From the NCBI RefSeq assembly GCF_009914755.1, contig NC_060928.1: a stretch of 64,000 nt of DNA; one strand, 5' to 3'. This document shows, piece by piece, positions 1-16,764 of the stretch; the stretch's first letter is position 1, and every line of letters begins with the position of its first letter. Position numbers and translations under genes: made by a program. The notes beneath the pieces are model-generated. The model saw nothing but the letters and a program-made list of their open reading frames with translations. It was not told the DNA's origin and made no database searches. The stretch is from the human T2T-CHM13v2.0 reference genome, Homo sapiens.

Positions 1-599
1 CCAGTGGAGCATACCACTGCACTCCAGCCTGGGCAACAGAGTGAGACCCTGTCTCAAAACAAAAAAAAAAGGTTTGTATTTTCAGTTAACAACATTCTAG
101 AAGTGGATTTCTGGTTCTTTATGAAAATGACTTACAAATTTCATATACTGGCTTGGCCAACAAGATCTATGCCAAACTGAAAAGTAATGGTAATAATTAG
201 ACCTGTGTTTATTGACTTCCATTCTGTGGGCCATATGCATCAACTCTAATCCTCACTGTCCTACAATGAGTCCTATTTTAGAATGTGGAAACTGAAGTTC
301 TTAGGGGATAAATAACATGCGCAGAGTCACAAAACCAGCAAAGGGCAGAGCTGAGACTGGAACCTGGCTCAGCCTGACTGCAGTCCCATGATCCAGGTGG
401 CTTTTCAGGCAACACATTCCTGACATATCTTTAAAAAACAGGTAGCGAAAGAAAGTAAAAGCATCACATTTTTATTAATAAGTAGGAGTTTTGCTTGTAA
501 AAAGGAAAAACTGAAATGGAATGAAAAGGAGAAAGTATATTTAGAAGCACAGCTTTTATATGACTTTATATAATTCTTTATACCCTTGGGTGACAGTTG

Positions 600-1950
600 A
601 TTAGGAAATTAATGATAATATTCTAAGACATAAAGCATCTGGTTATGAGAGCTTCACTAATAGAGGGGTTATATTTAACAAGGGATATAAGATTCTAAAC
701 CTCTAAATATGATACATGGGAAATAAAAAAGATAAATGATCTTTCAATAAAAACCTGTAAGAAAATCTCCCAGATATACATAGGAAGCTGAACATAGATT
801 TGGCATTGATAGTACAACCAAGCTGTATGAATCAAGAGGGAAAAGAGAATATGCAGAAGAAATTTCCCAATAACAACTCCAGGTGACAGGTGCACTGATA
901 ATTCTATGAGGTAATTAATTCTATTAGAAAAATTGCAAAAAGATTTACAGAGAAGAGAACATTCCCAAACTTTTCTTCCATTTCCCTAGAAACAAATAGC
1001 ACAATAAAAAAGAAAGACCTATCCCTGGTTATCTGTCCTCAGTCTTTATGATGCTAATCAGCTTGGAGCAAATAGAGCTGCAATAAAGAATCTGTATACT
1101 TCCTAAGTAATCTGTGTCCAACTATTTGTAAGAAAAATCATTTAATATCTAAATTGAGAGTACTCTGTTATGAGCAATAAAAAGTATAATAAACAACAAA
1201 TGAAAATTTAAGCCTTTATACTATAAAATGAAAAAGAAATGTCACTTGCTTTCTATTTCCCTCTGTAAATACCATTAAGATGTGGTAGTGAAATTGTATA
1301 AGTTGTTGGCATGGGCCCTCAAAACAAAATGAGAGGGAATGTAAGTGATCCCTGTCTCTTACATGTCAGGATGTCACTGACAATATGGAAGTTCTTAGCT
1401 GTTTTAAGTGTTTATATTATGTTGCCTAGTGGCAGAAATTAAGTCCTATATGGACAAGAGATTAAGCAAGATAATGGGTATGAGGGTCCTTCATAACACA
1501 AATGGCTAATTATTAGTGCTATTATTTTGAAAACTGAAACAGACCATGAGACACTAGATCTGTATCATATGTCTCCAGGGCTATACCGTAAGTCAAAGCA
1601 TTACAACTGTTGGGAGAAAAGCTGGACATTCCAAAAAAACTACTTATTTTTGAGTATTGAGGAAAATTGCTATTCTTGGATATAAGCTCAGAGAAGACTG
1701 AGTACTGCAGTTTGAGAATTGCTGCTAAAAAGGAGACAAACCATCAACAGAGATTTTCAAACTCTTGCTAGACCAAGAACTGAACAAGGAGTACATCTCC
1801 AAATATCATGCCTTCTTCAAAGAGTAAAAAATTCCGTGGACCTTGAAGACTCACTGTGGAATTTCCAGAGCCTTATGTACATTTGTTCAAAGCATTATCA
1901 GGTGTTGATTGGAAGGGAGGCTGAGTTATTTCTGTGACTTGATCAAACAG
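600..1950 (+). mobile_element. Possible ancient non-L1 LINE (L4/RTE-like) reverse transcriptase remnant
   Basis: Decayed RT-like peptides in order: GDRCTDNS.R..ILLEK (near 882, one frameshift before IAK), LSSVF (near 1030), EVLSCFKCL (near 1388). Confidence 0.35.
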
Positions 1951-2734
1951 TTGGCTATTAGCCCCTGAATTTAATAACTAGGGAATAAAAGTTTATTTGA
2001 CCCTTAAGAGTCTATAGTAAACAAGACACAGACATCTTACTGTAATACCACAGAATCTTCCCACATCTCAAACAACAACAACAACAACAACAACAACAAA
2101 TACACAAAAAAACCCAACCCTGCTTAAGGGTTTTTGGTTTTGTTTTGTTTTGTTTGGTTCAAAGATATCTTAGTACATGAATTTGGAGAACAAGCCTTTA
2201 GATTTTAGAGAAATTGTTCAAATGTTGATAGGGCATAGAAGGAAAGCTTAACATTCAATTTAACCCAAGGAAAAGAGAATCTGCAACGAAGTCGGGAAAG
2301 GAAGATTCTAATACTTGCTTCTAAGTTGTTTCTTTTTACACCCGAGGATCACAAAAGAATGACTTCTTCTCAGAATTATCTTGTAAATAAAAACAAACAA
2401 TAAAGATTATTCGAACTGAGATTTAAATGTAAATCCAGGTCTATTTTGAAAGGGCCTGACCAAATCATGTTATAGTCAGAGACCACAGTGTGTACAGTCA
2501 AGTGAAATGTACATTCTGAGAGAGCCTAAGGTGCCAGTGTACCTCAGAAGTGTGGTAGTCTTTTGTGTCAACAATTTAAAACAGTTAATCTGTACATAAA
2601 ACATGTTTCCAATATTGAATTGAAATGTTAACCAAGTGTCACTGGGTGTAGCTATCTCTAAAACATAGCCATAGCAAAAATGACAGGTAAACAGATTTCT
2701 CTGTTGTAGAGAATTCAAATATACATAAAAATAA

Positions 2735-3097
<363 letters not shown>

Positions 3098-3302
3098 TTA
3101 AAGCCTTTAAAAATCACTAATATATTAATTTGTTCAAGTCTTAATTAAGTAGTGTAACTAACTACTGAGTTCCCTGATTCAGTTCCTTGTTAATTTGTTT
3201 TTTTAGGGGAAAAAGTGAGGAGACACTGTCTGGCAAGATTTACACATCAATGCTTGATTAAGGAAAAGGGACTCCTCCCTTAGCAGCGTGAAGCCTGGAT
3301 AG

Positions 3303-3779
<477 letters not shown>

Positions 3780-6700
3780 GGGTTTATGAGTCTTTTACTG
3801 GGACTTGACCCATTCTCATTTCCCAAAGAGTTTAAAGATTGGGATGAAGTTAACTGGAGCAGGAAAAATAAGTAAGATTGGAAAGATATATGACTTTATA
3901 ACCCCATTGAAGACATACAAAAAAAAAAAAAGTAAGGCTGAAATATAAAGTATTTCCCTGGTGGCATTTGTTCTGGTATCTTATTTTTTAATTTATGTTT
4001 TCAGGAAAAATTCTCCATCAGATTAAATAGCTAAAGTTACAAAAGGCAAATACTCACATAAAATTTGAATCTGAAAAGGAAAACCTAATTCCTGGTATAT
4101 ATCTAGATGGGTACTGACAACATTTCTATTTCTCTGAGTTTCACGGATTTCAGGGTAACATCTGAATTAAGGTTGTGTATCTATCCTTTCAACATCTGAA
4201 TCATCTAACATAGAATGATCAAATTCTGTTTCTGGCTTATCAAATTACCTAGCATTTTCCTTGCAATGATGATGTTCAAAGCTGGTACAAATAGTGCAGG
4301 ATAGAGCCATTCTTAGCTACCATTGGTAGGAGTGGGTATGATCTTTCTGGAGAGTAATTTGGGCCTTTAAAAAGTTTATGACCTTTTCTCCAACATTCAG
4401 CTTCTAAAAAGCTATCTCCAGGAAATAGAAAGGTGAGATAAATTTCCAGATAAAGATATTTATGGCACTGTTCTTTACAATAGCAAATCTAAATTTTGCC
4501 ATTAATAATTTTTAAAATATACTATACAGTTATGATCATATTCGACATTGTCAGGTACTTACCTAACTGCTTAACTCACTTGACCTTCTCAAGAGCCCTA
4601 TGAAGTATGTTCTCTTACCCAGAATTCCCATTTATTGATGAGAAAAGAAAGAAGTGAAAAATGAACACTGAATATCTCATGCCTTATAATGGATGGGTTC
4701 ATTGTTTTATTTATTCTGCTTATCATAAGTAAAGAAGTAATGACATTGCTGCTACAAATAATTCCTTTTCGGCCCCATAGAACCTGCAGTTAATACTGAA
4801 TGGCACAAGATTTACATAGGATTGATCCATGTTTAAACTTGCCCAAGGTCATGGAGCTAGGAAGTGACGGTGCTGGGGTTCCAAACCAGCAGTCCAGCTC
4901 CAGAGCTGAAACTCTTTAGCATTACACCATATTGCTGTTTTGTGTATTACTTTTCTTATTTTTCTTTTGTGTATTATTTTTCAAATGTGATCCTGAATTC
5001 TATAAAATGATAAAATTTTTATAATTTTTCTCTCAGATTTTTGTTTCAATATTCACACGCAAAATTGGTCCCTGGTCTTCTTTTAGGAGAAATATATTTT
5101 CTGTGTTTCAATATCAATGTTATTTCACCTTCATAAAAAGGAACGAACTGGAAGCCTTCCTTCATTTTCTATGTTCTAGAACAGTTAAAATAGCATTAGA
5201 ATAATCTGTTTCTTAAAAGTTTGGTAGAATTTCTTTGCAAACTCTGAAGGAGAGGGAAAGGAGGGTAGCTCTATGACAACTTCTTTGTTTCATCAATAAT
5301 AACTGTTCTTTCAGATTTTCTAAGAGTTCTGGAGTCAGATACAGTCATATATTTTCTATTTCTTTTTAAAAATTAAACAGATTCTTACATATAATTTATA
5401 TTCCATAAAATTTACCTGCTTGAAATGTACAATTGGATAATTTTTAGTAAATTTACAGAGTTGTGCAATCATCACAATGAGATCATTTTAGAACATTCCC
5501 ATCACTCTAGAAAGATCGCTTGTGCCCACTTGCAGTCAATCCCTGCTGCCATCACCAGCTCCTCCATTTTAATAGTTCAGCTCTATAACTTTAATGTATA
5601 TAAACAGACATGTTTATTTTATGTGGATTAAATAAGATAGCGGAGATAAATCTTGGATGTATTGTATATAATGTGACTATACTATATAAAAAATATTTAA
5701 CTTTAAGAATTGAATGTGGTACTCTGCACAAATAGTATAATTTTCTTATAGCTCATTAAAGCTACCTGGTACTTATGGAAAAAACAAACAGTATGACTGT
5801 TTTCATCTTCCTATGATCAGCGCTGAGACTTCCATAAACACATATTCCTTACAGCCCCATTGGCAGCAAGCAATAGGAAGCTAATATCAAAATATGATCA
5901 CAATAACCACCCTGCCTACAGATGACATTGCTGTTATTCTTTACTTCATGTTGACCAGATTTTCAAACTGTAAGGTATTTTTTAATGTTTTACTTTTTTT
6001 TGTTTGTTTGTTTGTTTTTGTTTTTAGAGATGGGATCTTGCTATGTTGCCCAGACTAGTCTTGAATTCCTGGCCTTAAGCAACCCTCCTGCCTCAACCTC
6101 CTGAGAAGCTGGGATTACAGGTGTAAGTCACCGTGCCCAGCTTTATTTTCTTAATTTCTTCTATTTTTCCTAATGAGAGTTTAGGAAAAGTCTAGCTATT
6201 TCTGAAATGAACAAAGTGTTTTACCCACAGTGTTCAGAATTTAGTGCTTAGAATTAAGCACAGCTGATTAGAACACCAGCCAATATATTTTTAGTTTGCA
6301 TTGAATAGAGATTTCTCTAATTAGGAAGCATTAGTGTTATTTGATTTCTGATTCTTGCTTCAAAGTTCTCTCCATAACACAGCGAACTTTAAGTATAAGA
6401 TTAAACTTAATTTAACAAGAAAATATTTTTACATGTTCAAACATGAATAATCCAGTCAGTAGCATTTTTAGATCTAAGAGTATTGGAAAAATTGCTCTCA
6501 GCATTGAGAAATTCTTCCACTGATAAAGGTCAACAGAAAGCAAACTCTTGGAGAAGTGGAAGGCGCATGGACTTTGAAGCCATACACATGGGTTCAAATT
6601 TCAGGTCCAACAACCACTAGATAGGTGTCCAATATATTCTTCCTCTTACCTCTTTCTTTCCCTCCTCCCTGCCTGGCACCCCCTTGTAAACAAAACAAAA

Positions 6701-8985
6701 CAAAACAAAATGCAAACAACGCACTTCAATGGAAACATACTCCCAAGATTTCCTTAGAGTGAATTTATACTGATTAATTTTTTTTAAAATTCAGGAACTA
6801 AAGTAACTAAGTTAAGTTTTTCTCTTGTCAACTCAATATCCTTGTTGGCCATCTGTTACTTTTCTTCTTCTACTCAAAGACATAAAGTGAGCCTCAAAAA
6901 CATTTAAGTGCATATTGCAAGATTGTTTTGAGATTTAAACAGATGTGTACTTACATGAATGCCCAACTATAAAACACTCAAGGGTATGTAATTATTGTGC
7001 TGACAAGTATAAATTCACAATAAAGATATTCAAAACACACATATACTCATACACGTATTCAGAGTCTGTCCATACACTTCCTGTTAGGTATATATTGATT
7101 GTATCTGTAAAAGTCACAATATTTAAAAATATTTTCTTAGTTCAATAAAAGATTTATAATTGGCTCTTCTAGTTTCATACTTAAGACTTGTTTTCAAATG
7201 TTTCTGTGAAAGAAGTATTAGAAAGTTATCAAGTGATCAGTAAGAAATGTGACTTTTAATTGGATGGAGATCATAAATAAAATATTCTGTATAGAATTAG
7301 CACGAGCAAATGAAAAATGCTATTAACTCTAAATCTGTACTATTATGTATTAAACATATACTATTACAGGTCCCTCTTTCCAAAATAGGTCAAAGTTTAA
7401 AGATCCCAAAAACCTGAATATTGACATAAAACTTCTTTCCAACTTAATCACCACAAACTCAGAATTAAACTCATATGAAATCTGAAACCAATATCTCATA
7501 AGGGTTTAGCACAAAATTTGCAATTTTTGTAAACTTCGTGTAAAAAAAAAAGATTTAGAAACAACATTTTCAGGAACAAAGGAACAGAAATCAGATCTGA
7601 CCTTTTTAATGCTTTGATGACTTTCATTACTCTCTCTTTCTTCCCCTGATCACTTTCCTCTTTCAGGAATTAGTTAAGGCCAGATCTATTCAAGTAAAGT
7701 CTTAAATTAAATTTTGGAGAAATATTAATATTCAATCCTCTACGCAAAAAAGAATAAAATATATTCCTATTTTCTAATTCCTGAATTTCAGTTATTCTTC
7801 CCAAATTAGTGCCGTATGCTTGAGTTAAAATATTTTCTCCTGATGGTCCCATCAAACTGGCCAAAATGTAGGGACTGGGGGAAGAGATAATCAGTGTGAA
7901 TGAGCACATGGGAAAAGGGATGTTCTCCATCACTGTGAATTGGTGCCATCTCTTTGGAGGATAATGTGGCAATAGAGGTCAAATTTTTAAATGCAGATTG
8001 TCTTTTCTTTAATACTTACACGTCAAACAATTGCACAAGTACTCAAAAAGAGGGGTAAAGAATATATATACTGAAGCATAATTTATAACAGCAAAAAATA
8101 AAGAAAATCTAAGTGTCCATCAACACAGGCATGATTTTAATGTTAGGTTACTTCTGTATGTGGAATGTTATGCAGCTATTTCAAAGAACAGTAATCAGGT
8201 CGGTACATAGTGTCATGGAAGGACTTTGAAAAAAGTTAAGTTGCATGTAGAATGATATATAGAATATTCTCATGTTTTCCTGTGATGAAAATATATACAT
8301 ATTTATATATATGTGTGTGTATATATATTATATACAGACATGTGTATATGGACCCCACACAAATATATATGGATATACAGCAAGACAAGAAAGAGAGAGA
8401 GAGAGAGAAATCTGGAATGATGCTCACAAACAACCCATCAGGTGCTAGAAGTGGAGACAATAAGGAAGAAAACTTTCTATTTTACCTTATACATTTCTCT
8501 GGTGTTGAAATTTTTTTAGTAATTGTAAAGAAAAAACCCAACCATATATTATGCCCAGCAGGCACCAGAAGAAGAGGAGTCAAACCTATTAATATTTTAA
8601 TAACAGCTATTAATTCTCAGATTTCTTTCCATCAGTCTGCTGGAGATAAAGAGCATTCTGCTTTGGTTGTCAGTACACAATTCCTAACACAAAGTCTCCC
8701 AGCATGCTTTTGTGAACCAAATGGAAACCTGCGGCCCAAAAAGGAGCACAGTTTGGCTGGATATGTCGTTAGCTGAGGATCAGTCAACAAAGACTGTTGG
8801 CCGATGGATCCATTCCAGTCTCAAGTTTCACGGGCTCTGGCAGGGAGGGAGGGCACAGACCCCAGAATACTCCTGAGAAGCCCTCACCTATCCCTCCTCC
8901 ATTCACTGCCTTTTCATCATAATCTGCCTTTAGGATTAAATGATTTTTCACCAGACCTTAGGCACTACTTCCATGGTCTTCCTGA

Positions 8986-9654
<669 letters not shown>

Positions 9655-11340
9655 TGAACACACAACTATGCCAATTTCACTTAATTCAAGTGGATCCTTT
9701 CAGCTGCCCAGCAGTCACACTATTATTTTCTTAGTTCATTCATCTCCCTCACTGCTACATGACTAGCACACTTCTCCATAAGTCCTCAATACCTCCATTC
9801 CCATCCTCTTTCTCAATGGATAATTTCTATGCTTCACTGAGGAAACAGAAACAATAAGCAGAGGAATTCCACCACCACACCTGCTGCCAAGTGGCATCTG
9901 TGCCCATTGCCTTTGCTCCTGTGTAGGAAAATCCGTCTGTGTTCCAATCTAAGCATTCTCACCTTCCAATTGGTGAGCTGGGATCTGTCCCCTGCTCAAG
10001 GACACCATTGCAGCACTATTTGCTTTCTCTTCTGTGTCATCAATTTCCTCCTCTTTGCTGGATAATTCCATTAGCACACAAACAGGATGTAATTTCTCTC
10101 ATCTTAAAACAACAAGAACAAAAGACTGTGCCACCCGGCCTCTTCTGCCAGCTGTTTCTCTGTTCCCTTTACAGCAAAACTACTTTTTCTATCTCAAAGT
10201 ACTCCCCTTTTATTCTCTCTTGAGCCTGTTCCATGATGCTAAATCTGATGGTCAGTTCTCAGCCATTTGCAGCATTTGGCAGCCTATCACTTTCCTCCTT
10301 GATACACTTTCTCTTCTCAGCTTCCAGGATACTACTCTCAGTTCTCAGCCTACCTCACCACTATCCTCTCAGTCTCTTATTGGTTCTTATTCATCTCATG
10401 AAACTTAGGTGGGCTCAATCCTTAGCATTCACAGTGGGCTTTATTTATACTCACTCCATAGGGGACCTAATCTCATCTCATGGCTTTAAATACTATGACA
10501 TGCTGATGACACCCTAATCTAGCCCTAGTTTGGGCCAAGTCTCCAAATTCCAGATTTATATATTCAACTGCCTACTGGACATCTCCAGCTAGACATCGAT
10601 CAAGCATCTTAAACTTATGCCTACAAATGAACTCTTCATCTACCCTCCAGAAACCTTCTCCTCCTACACTGTGCCCCATTTCAGTAAACAGTACTTCCAC
10701 TCTTCCAATGGCTCAGGCCAAATGGAGTCATCCTTGGCTCCTGTCTTCTTCTCACAACCACATCCAATCTATCAGCAAGTCCTGTGTGTTCTACCTTCAC
10801 AATGCAACTGGAATCTGCCACTTCTTACCACTTCTCTATATCCCTGGTCCAAATCCACCATCACCTCCTGCCCAGTTCACTGCAATAGTTTTCTGCCTGG
10901 TTTCCCTGCTTTTATCCCTGACCATTATCAATCTACTTGCCAGTTTGATTCATTTAAAATTTAAGTCAGATCAACTATCTTCCCATACTACTAAGAATAA
11001 AAACCGAAGTCCTCACAATAGCCTGCAAGAGCCTACATCATTTGGCCTCCAATCCCTGTGTGACCTTATTTCTCACCGCTGGAGCCCCTCACTCTGCTCT
11101 GGCCATAGTGTTTCCTAAACGTTCCAAGCACACCCCTGCCTCAGGGACTTTGTACTGCTGTTCTCCATGCTTCAACCCCTCTTCCCTCAGTTATCCACCT
11201 GGCTCATTTCCTCTCTTACCTCTCAGGTCTCTGCTCAGAAATCACCTCAGTGATGCCTTGTCTGACCACCCTATTTAAAAGTTATGCCCCACTCCAGCAT
11301 CCCTAAGTATCTAAGCCTGTTATTAAACAAAGCACTTGTT

Positions 11341-11667
11341 GGCCGGGCACAGTGGCTCACGCCTGTAATCCCAGCACTTCGGGAGGCCTAGGCGGGCGGA
11401 TCACGAGGTCAGGAGATTGAGACCACCCTGGCTAACACAGTGAAACCCTGTCTCTAACTAAAAATACAAAAAATTAGCTGGGTGTGGTGGCAGGTGCCTG
11501 TAGTCTCAGCTACTCAGGAGGCTGACGCAGGAGAATGGTGTGAACCGGGGAAGCGGAGCTTGCAGTAAGCCGAAATCGCACCACTGCACTCCAGCCTGGG
11601 CGACAGAGCGAGACTCCGTCTCAAAAAAAAAAAAACAAGAAAACAACAACAACAACAACAACAAAAA
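11341..11667 (+). repeat. AluY-like
   Basis: AluY-type diagnostic sequence, TSD AAAGCACTTGT. Confidence 0.9.
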
Positions 11668-12164
11668 AGCACTTGTCATGTTCTGACTTACAACTACAAT
11701 ACAACCTCTACGAGGACAGAGGCTTTTTCTATGTTTTCATACCTCTATTCTAGAAAACGGTCCCTGGCGTGGGTATTGAATAAATGATTGCTGGACAAAC
11801 AAATGAGGTTTCCTGGACTTGGGAGGCTGCTGTAGCAAGATAACTAGATGATGACTTAGAAGATCTGGGTTTGAGTATGATTACAGACAAGAAAACAGAA
11901 GTGACGCCCAGCTTTGTTATTGCACAGTATAATTAGTTAAGCCATTTAACCTCCAAGGGCCTCAGTTTCCTCATCTATAAAGGGAATGAAAACATGCGTT
12001 ACCCTCTGTGTGAATGAAAATGTCAGGCAAATGTAAAACACTATCAGGCTTCTGTAACTGATCACATATGTTAAACTATTTAGAATTACTTTAAAATTTT
12101 TAGACAATAGTTTATGCTTAGAAGATTTAGTCACTTTGTAAACCAAAAGGATACCTTGAATTAT

Positions 12165-13932
12165 TATTTTTTTTATTTTTATTTATTTATTTATTTATTT
12201 ATTTTTTAAATTTATTTATTTTTTATTGATAATTCTTGGGTGTTTCTCACAGAGGGGGATTTGGCAGGGTCATAGGACAATAGTGGAGGGAAGGTCAGCA
12301 GATAAACAAGTGAACAAAGGTCTCTGGTTTTCCTAGGCAGAGGACCCTGTGGCCTTCCGCAGTGTTTGTGTCCCTGGGTACTTGAGATTAGGGAGTGGTG
12401 ATGACTCTTAACTTAACGAGCATGCTGCCTTCAAGCATCTGTTTAACAAAGCACATCTTGCACCGCCCTTAATCCATTTAACCCTGAGTGGACACAGCAC
12501 ATGTTTCAGAGAGCACAGGGTTGGGGGTAAGGTCACAGATCAACAGGATCCCAAGGCAGAAGAAGTTTTCTTAGTACAGAACAAAATGAAAAGTCTCCCA
12601 TGTCTACTTCTTTCTACACAGACACGGCAACCATCCGATTTCTCAATCTTTTCCCCACCTTTCCCGCCTTTCTATTCCACAAAGCCGCCATTGTCATCCT
12701 GGCCCGTTCTCAATGAGCTGTTGGGCACACCTCCCAGACGGGGTGGTGGCCGGGCAGAGGGCTCCTCACTTCCCAGTAGGGGCGGCCGGGCAGAGGCGCC
12801 CCTCACCTCCTGGGCGGGGCGGCTGGCCGGGCGGGGGGCTGACGCCCCCACCTCCCTCCCGGATGGGGCGGCTGGCTGGGCAGAGAGGCTCCTCACTTCC
12901 CAGTAGGGGCGGCCGGGCAGAGGCGCCCCTCACCTCCCGGACGGGGCGGCTGGCCGGGCGGGGGGCTGACCCCCACCTCCCTCCCGGATGGGGCGGCTGG
13001 CCTGGTGGGGGGCTGACCCCCCCCACCTCCCTCCCAGACGGGGTGGCTGCCGGGCGGAGACGCTCCTCACTTCCCAGATGGGGTGGCTGCCGGGCGGAGA
13101 GGCTCCTCACTTCTCAGACGGGGCGGCTGCCGGGCGGAGGGGCTCCTCACTTCTCAGACGGGGCGGTTGCCGGGCAGAGGGTCTCCTCACTTCTCAGACG
13201 GGGCGGCCGGGCAGAGATGCTCCTCACCTCCCAGACAGGGTCGCGGCCGGGCAGAGGTGCTCCTCACATCCCAGACGGGGCAGCGGGGCAGAGGCACTCC
13301 CCACATCTCAGAGGATGGGCGGCCGGGCAGAGACGCTCCTCACTTCCTAGATGTGATGGCGGCCGGGAAGAGGTGCTTCTCACTTCCTAGGTGAGATGGC
13401 CGCCGGGCGGAGACGCTCCTCACTTTCCAGACTGGGCAGCCAGGCAGAGGGGCTCCTCACATCCCAGACGATGGGCGCCAGGCAGAGACGCTCCTCACTT
13501 CCCAGACGGGGTGGCGGCCGGGCAGAGGCTGCAATCTCGGCACTTTGGGAGGCCAAGGCAGGCGGCTGGGAGGTGGAGGTTGTAGCCAGCCGAGATCACG
13601 CCACTGCACTCCAGCCTGGGCACCATTGAGCACTGAGTGAACGAGACTCCGTCTGCAATCCAGGCACCTCGGGAGGCCGAGGCTGGCGGATCACTTGCGG
13701 TTAGGGGCTGGAGACCGGCCTGGCCAACACAGCGAAACACCGTCTCCACCAAAACCAGTCAGGCGTGGCAGTGCGAGCCTGCAATCGCAGGCATTCGGCA
13801 GGCTGTCAGGAGAATCAGGCAGGGAGGTTGCAGTGAGCTGAGATGGCAGCAGTACAGTCCAGCTTTGGCTCAGCATGAGAGGGAGACCGTGGAAAGAGAG
13901 GGGGAGAGGGAGAGGGAGAGGGAGAGGGAGAG
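12165..13932 (-). mobile_element. Full-length SVA retrotransposon (hominid-specific; subfamily not resolved, probably C/D)
   Basis: On the + strand: T-rich tail, SINE-R, GC-rich VNTR (about 12720-13530), Alu-like region, (GGGAGA)n hexamers; 11-bp TSD CCTTGAATTAT at 12154-12164 and 13933-13943. Confidence 0.97.
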
Positions 13933-14624
13933 CCTTGAATTATAATAAAGATTTTAAACTGTCTTTCTCTCTCTAGAGTTTGTAATTGTCTATATATAAA
14001 TTGTATACTTTAATATCATATCAACTTCTGGGCATTATGGCCAATATTATTTTTGTTTTCTGTCCTGAGGCCTTATCCATTCTCTTCTAAATAGGGGGAT
14101 ATGAGACTTGTCATCTTGAGATCTTTGATACTTTTGGCTCTGGAACTATCCTTCCCACAGGTGCAGAAATACAAGTCAGATTCCTGTTTATGTAAAATGT
14201 CGAGAAAGTCCAAAGGCCATTGAGAGAACATGGGCCTTGCCAAAGCACAGCTGGAAGCAGAAGTATTTGAAAGAGGAAAGAGACATCTTCTATTAGGTTC
14301 CACTTTTGTTTCAAGTTACATAACAATAAATATAAATACCTCAGTTAAATTAGTTTCACTCTTCACAGAAATGCCTTAATCATGATTCAAAATGATGGTG
14401 TTCGCATTCATTGAGAGACAATATAAAAAATGAGGAATGTTTCTCAGTCCCCTATAGAACTGCATATTATGTTAACCAATGTGCTTTTTACAATGGGGAA
14501 AAATTTTCTCCTGACTAAAGAGTATTGTTCTTATTATCTGATGATATAAGGTGTATGGTACACTTTTGTTTTGTTGTTTTTTTTTTTTTTTTGGCTTGGC
14601 CTCTAGAAAGCTTCAAGTTAATTA

Positions 14625-15893
<1,269 letters not shown>

Positions 15894-16764
15894 TCACAGT
15901 CCCTTGTTTAGTTTCCATAGTCCCTTGTCCCCCTTTTCAAATGAACAGGATATAAATTATAAGTAAAAACCTCCTGAGTTACTTCCTTATTCCACCTCTC
16001 TCCCACTAGATGTAAACTCCTTGAAGGCAGGCAGTTCCCTATAGATCCTGTTCCACATTTAACACAATATCCTTAACACAACGCAGACCTAATACATATT
16101 TGCTACCTAAGGAAGGCTAAGAGCAGGTAATGATTGAGGCACAAAGGGAAAGAGAGAAAACACTGGTCAGAAAACTGACTGGTTTATTTCCCCTTTATTT
16201 TCTCCTGTCAGTCCTGTCAGAACCATTCTAGAGGCCAAGGACCTAGGGTGGCCAGTCTGCACAGCCATTTGAGATCCCAAATCAGGGATCTGCCCTCCAT
16301 TGGTTCACCTTTGGTCAGGGGAGAATTAAATGGGCACACCAGGGCAGGTCCCTGAGATGTGGCAGTTTAGGCAGAGGGAAGTGTGTGAACTTAGACTTGT
16401 TCAACACCAGGGTCACTAAGCACTGAGCGAGCCCTGCTCCTTCCAATGCCCACCTCCAACCTTCCCTTCTTCTTACCTCCCATCACCCACCCTCAGGCTG
16501 AATCCCAGACACCCTGCTCTCCCAGGACAGCAGGGGACGCCGCAGACCCCCCAATTCCTCCCTTGGGTCCTGGAGCTGCACTTCTGAAGTCTGGTCCCTT
16601 CAGGATCTGGCAGGGGGTGAAGACCAAAGGAGAGGAGGGGGTGAAGCAGAGGAGTCCATCTAGGAGGAGATGGTTCTGCTCCCCCTTCTCTGGGTGTTCC
16701 CCACTGGCCTCTCCCTGGGATCCTGAGTCCAGGGGCAGGGAGTGCTGGCCCTCAGGACAGAGAC

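Noticed and set aside
8252-8776. 174-aa ORF
   Set aside because: Runs through TA/CA/GA simple repeats and old L1 debris; no recognisable domain.
12720-13530. Repeat-spacer-like periodicity (CRISPR-like)
   Set aside because: SVA VNTR units in eukaryotic DNA, with no unique spacers or cas genes.
12586-13945. Many overlapping 60-225 aa ORFs
   Set aside because: They arise from the stop-poor, GC-rich SVA VNTR and are not genes.
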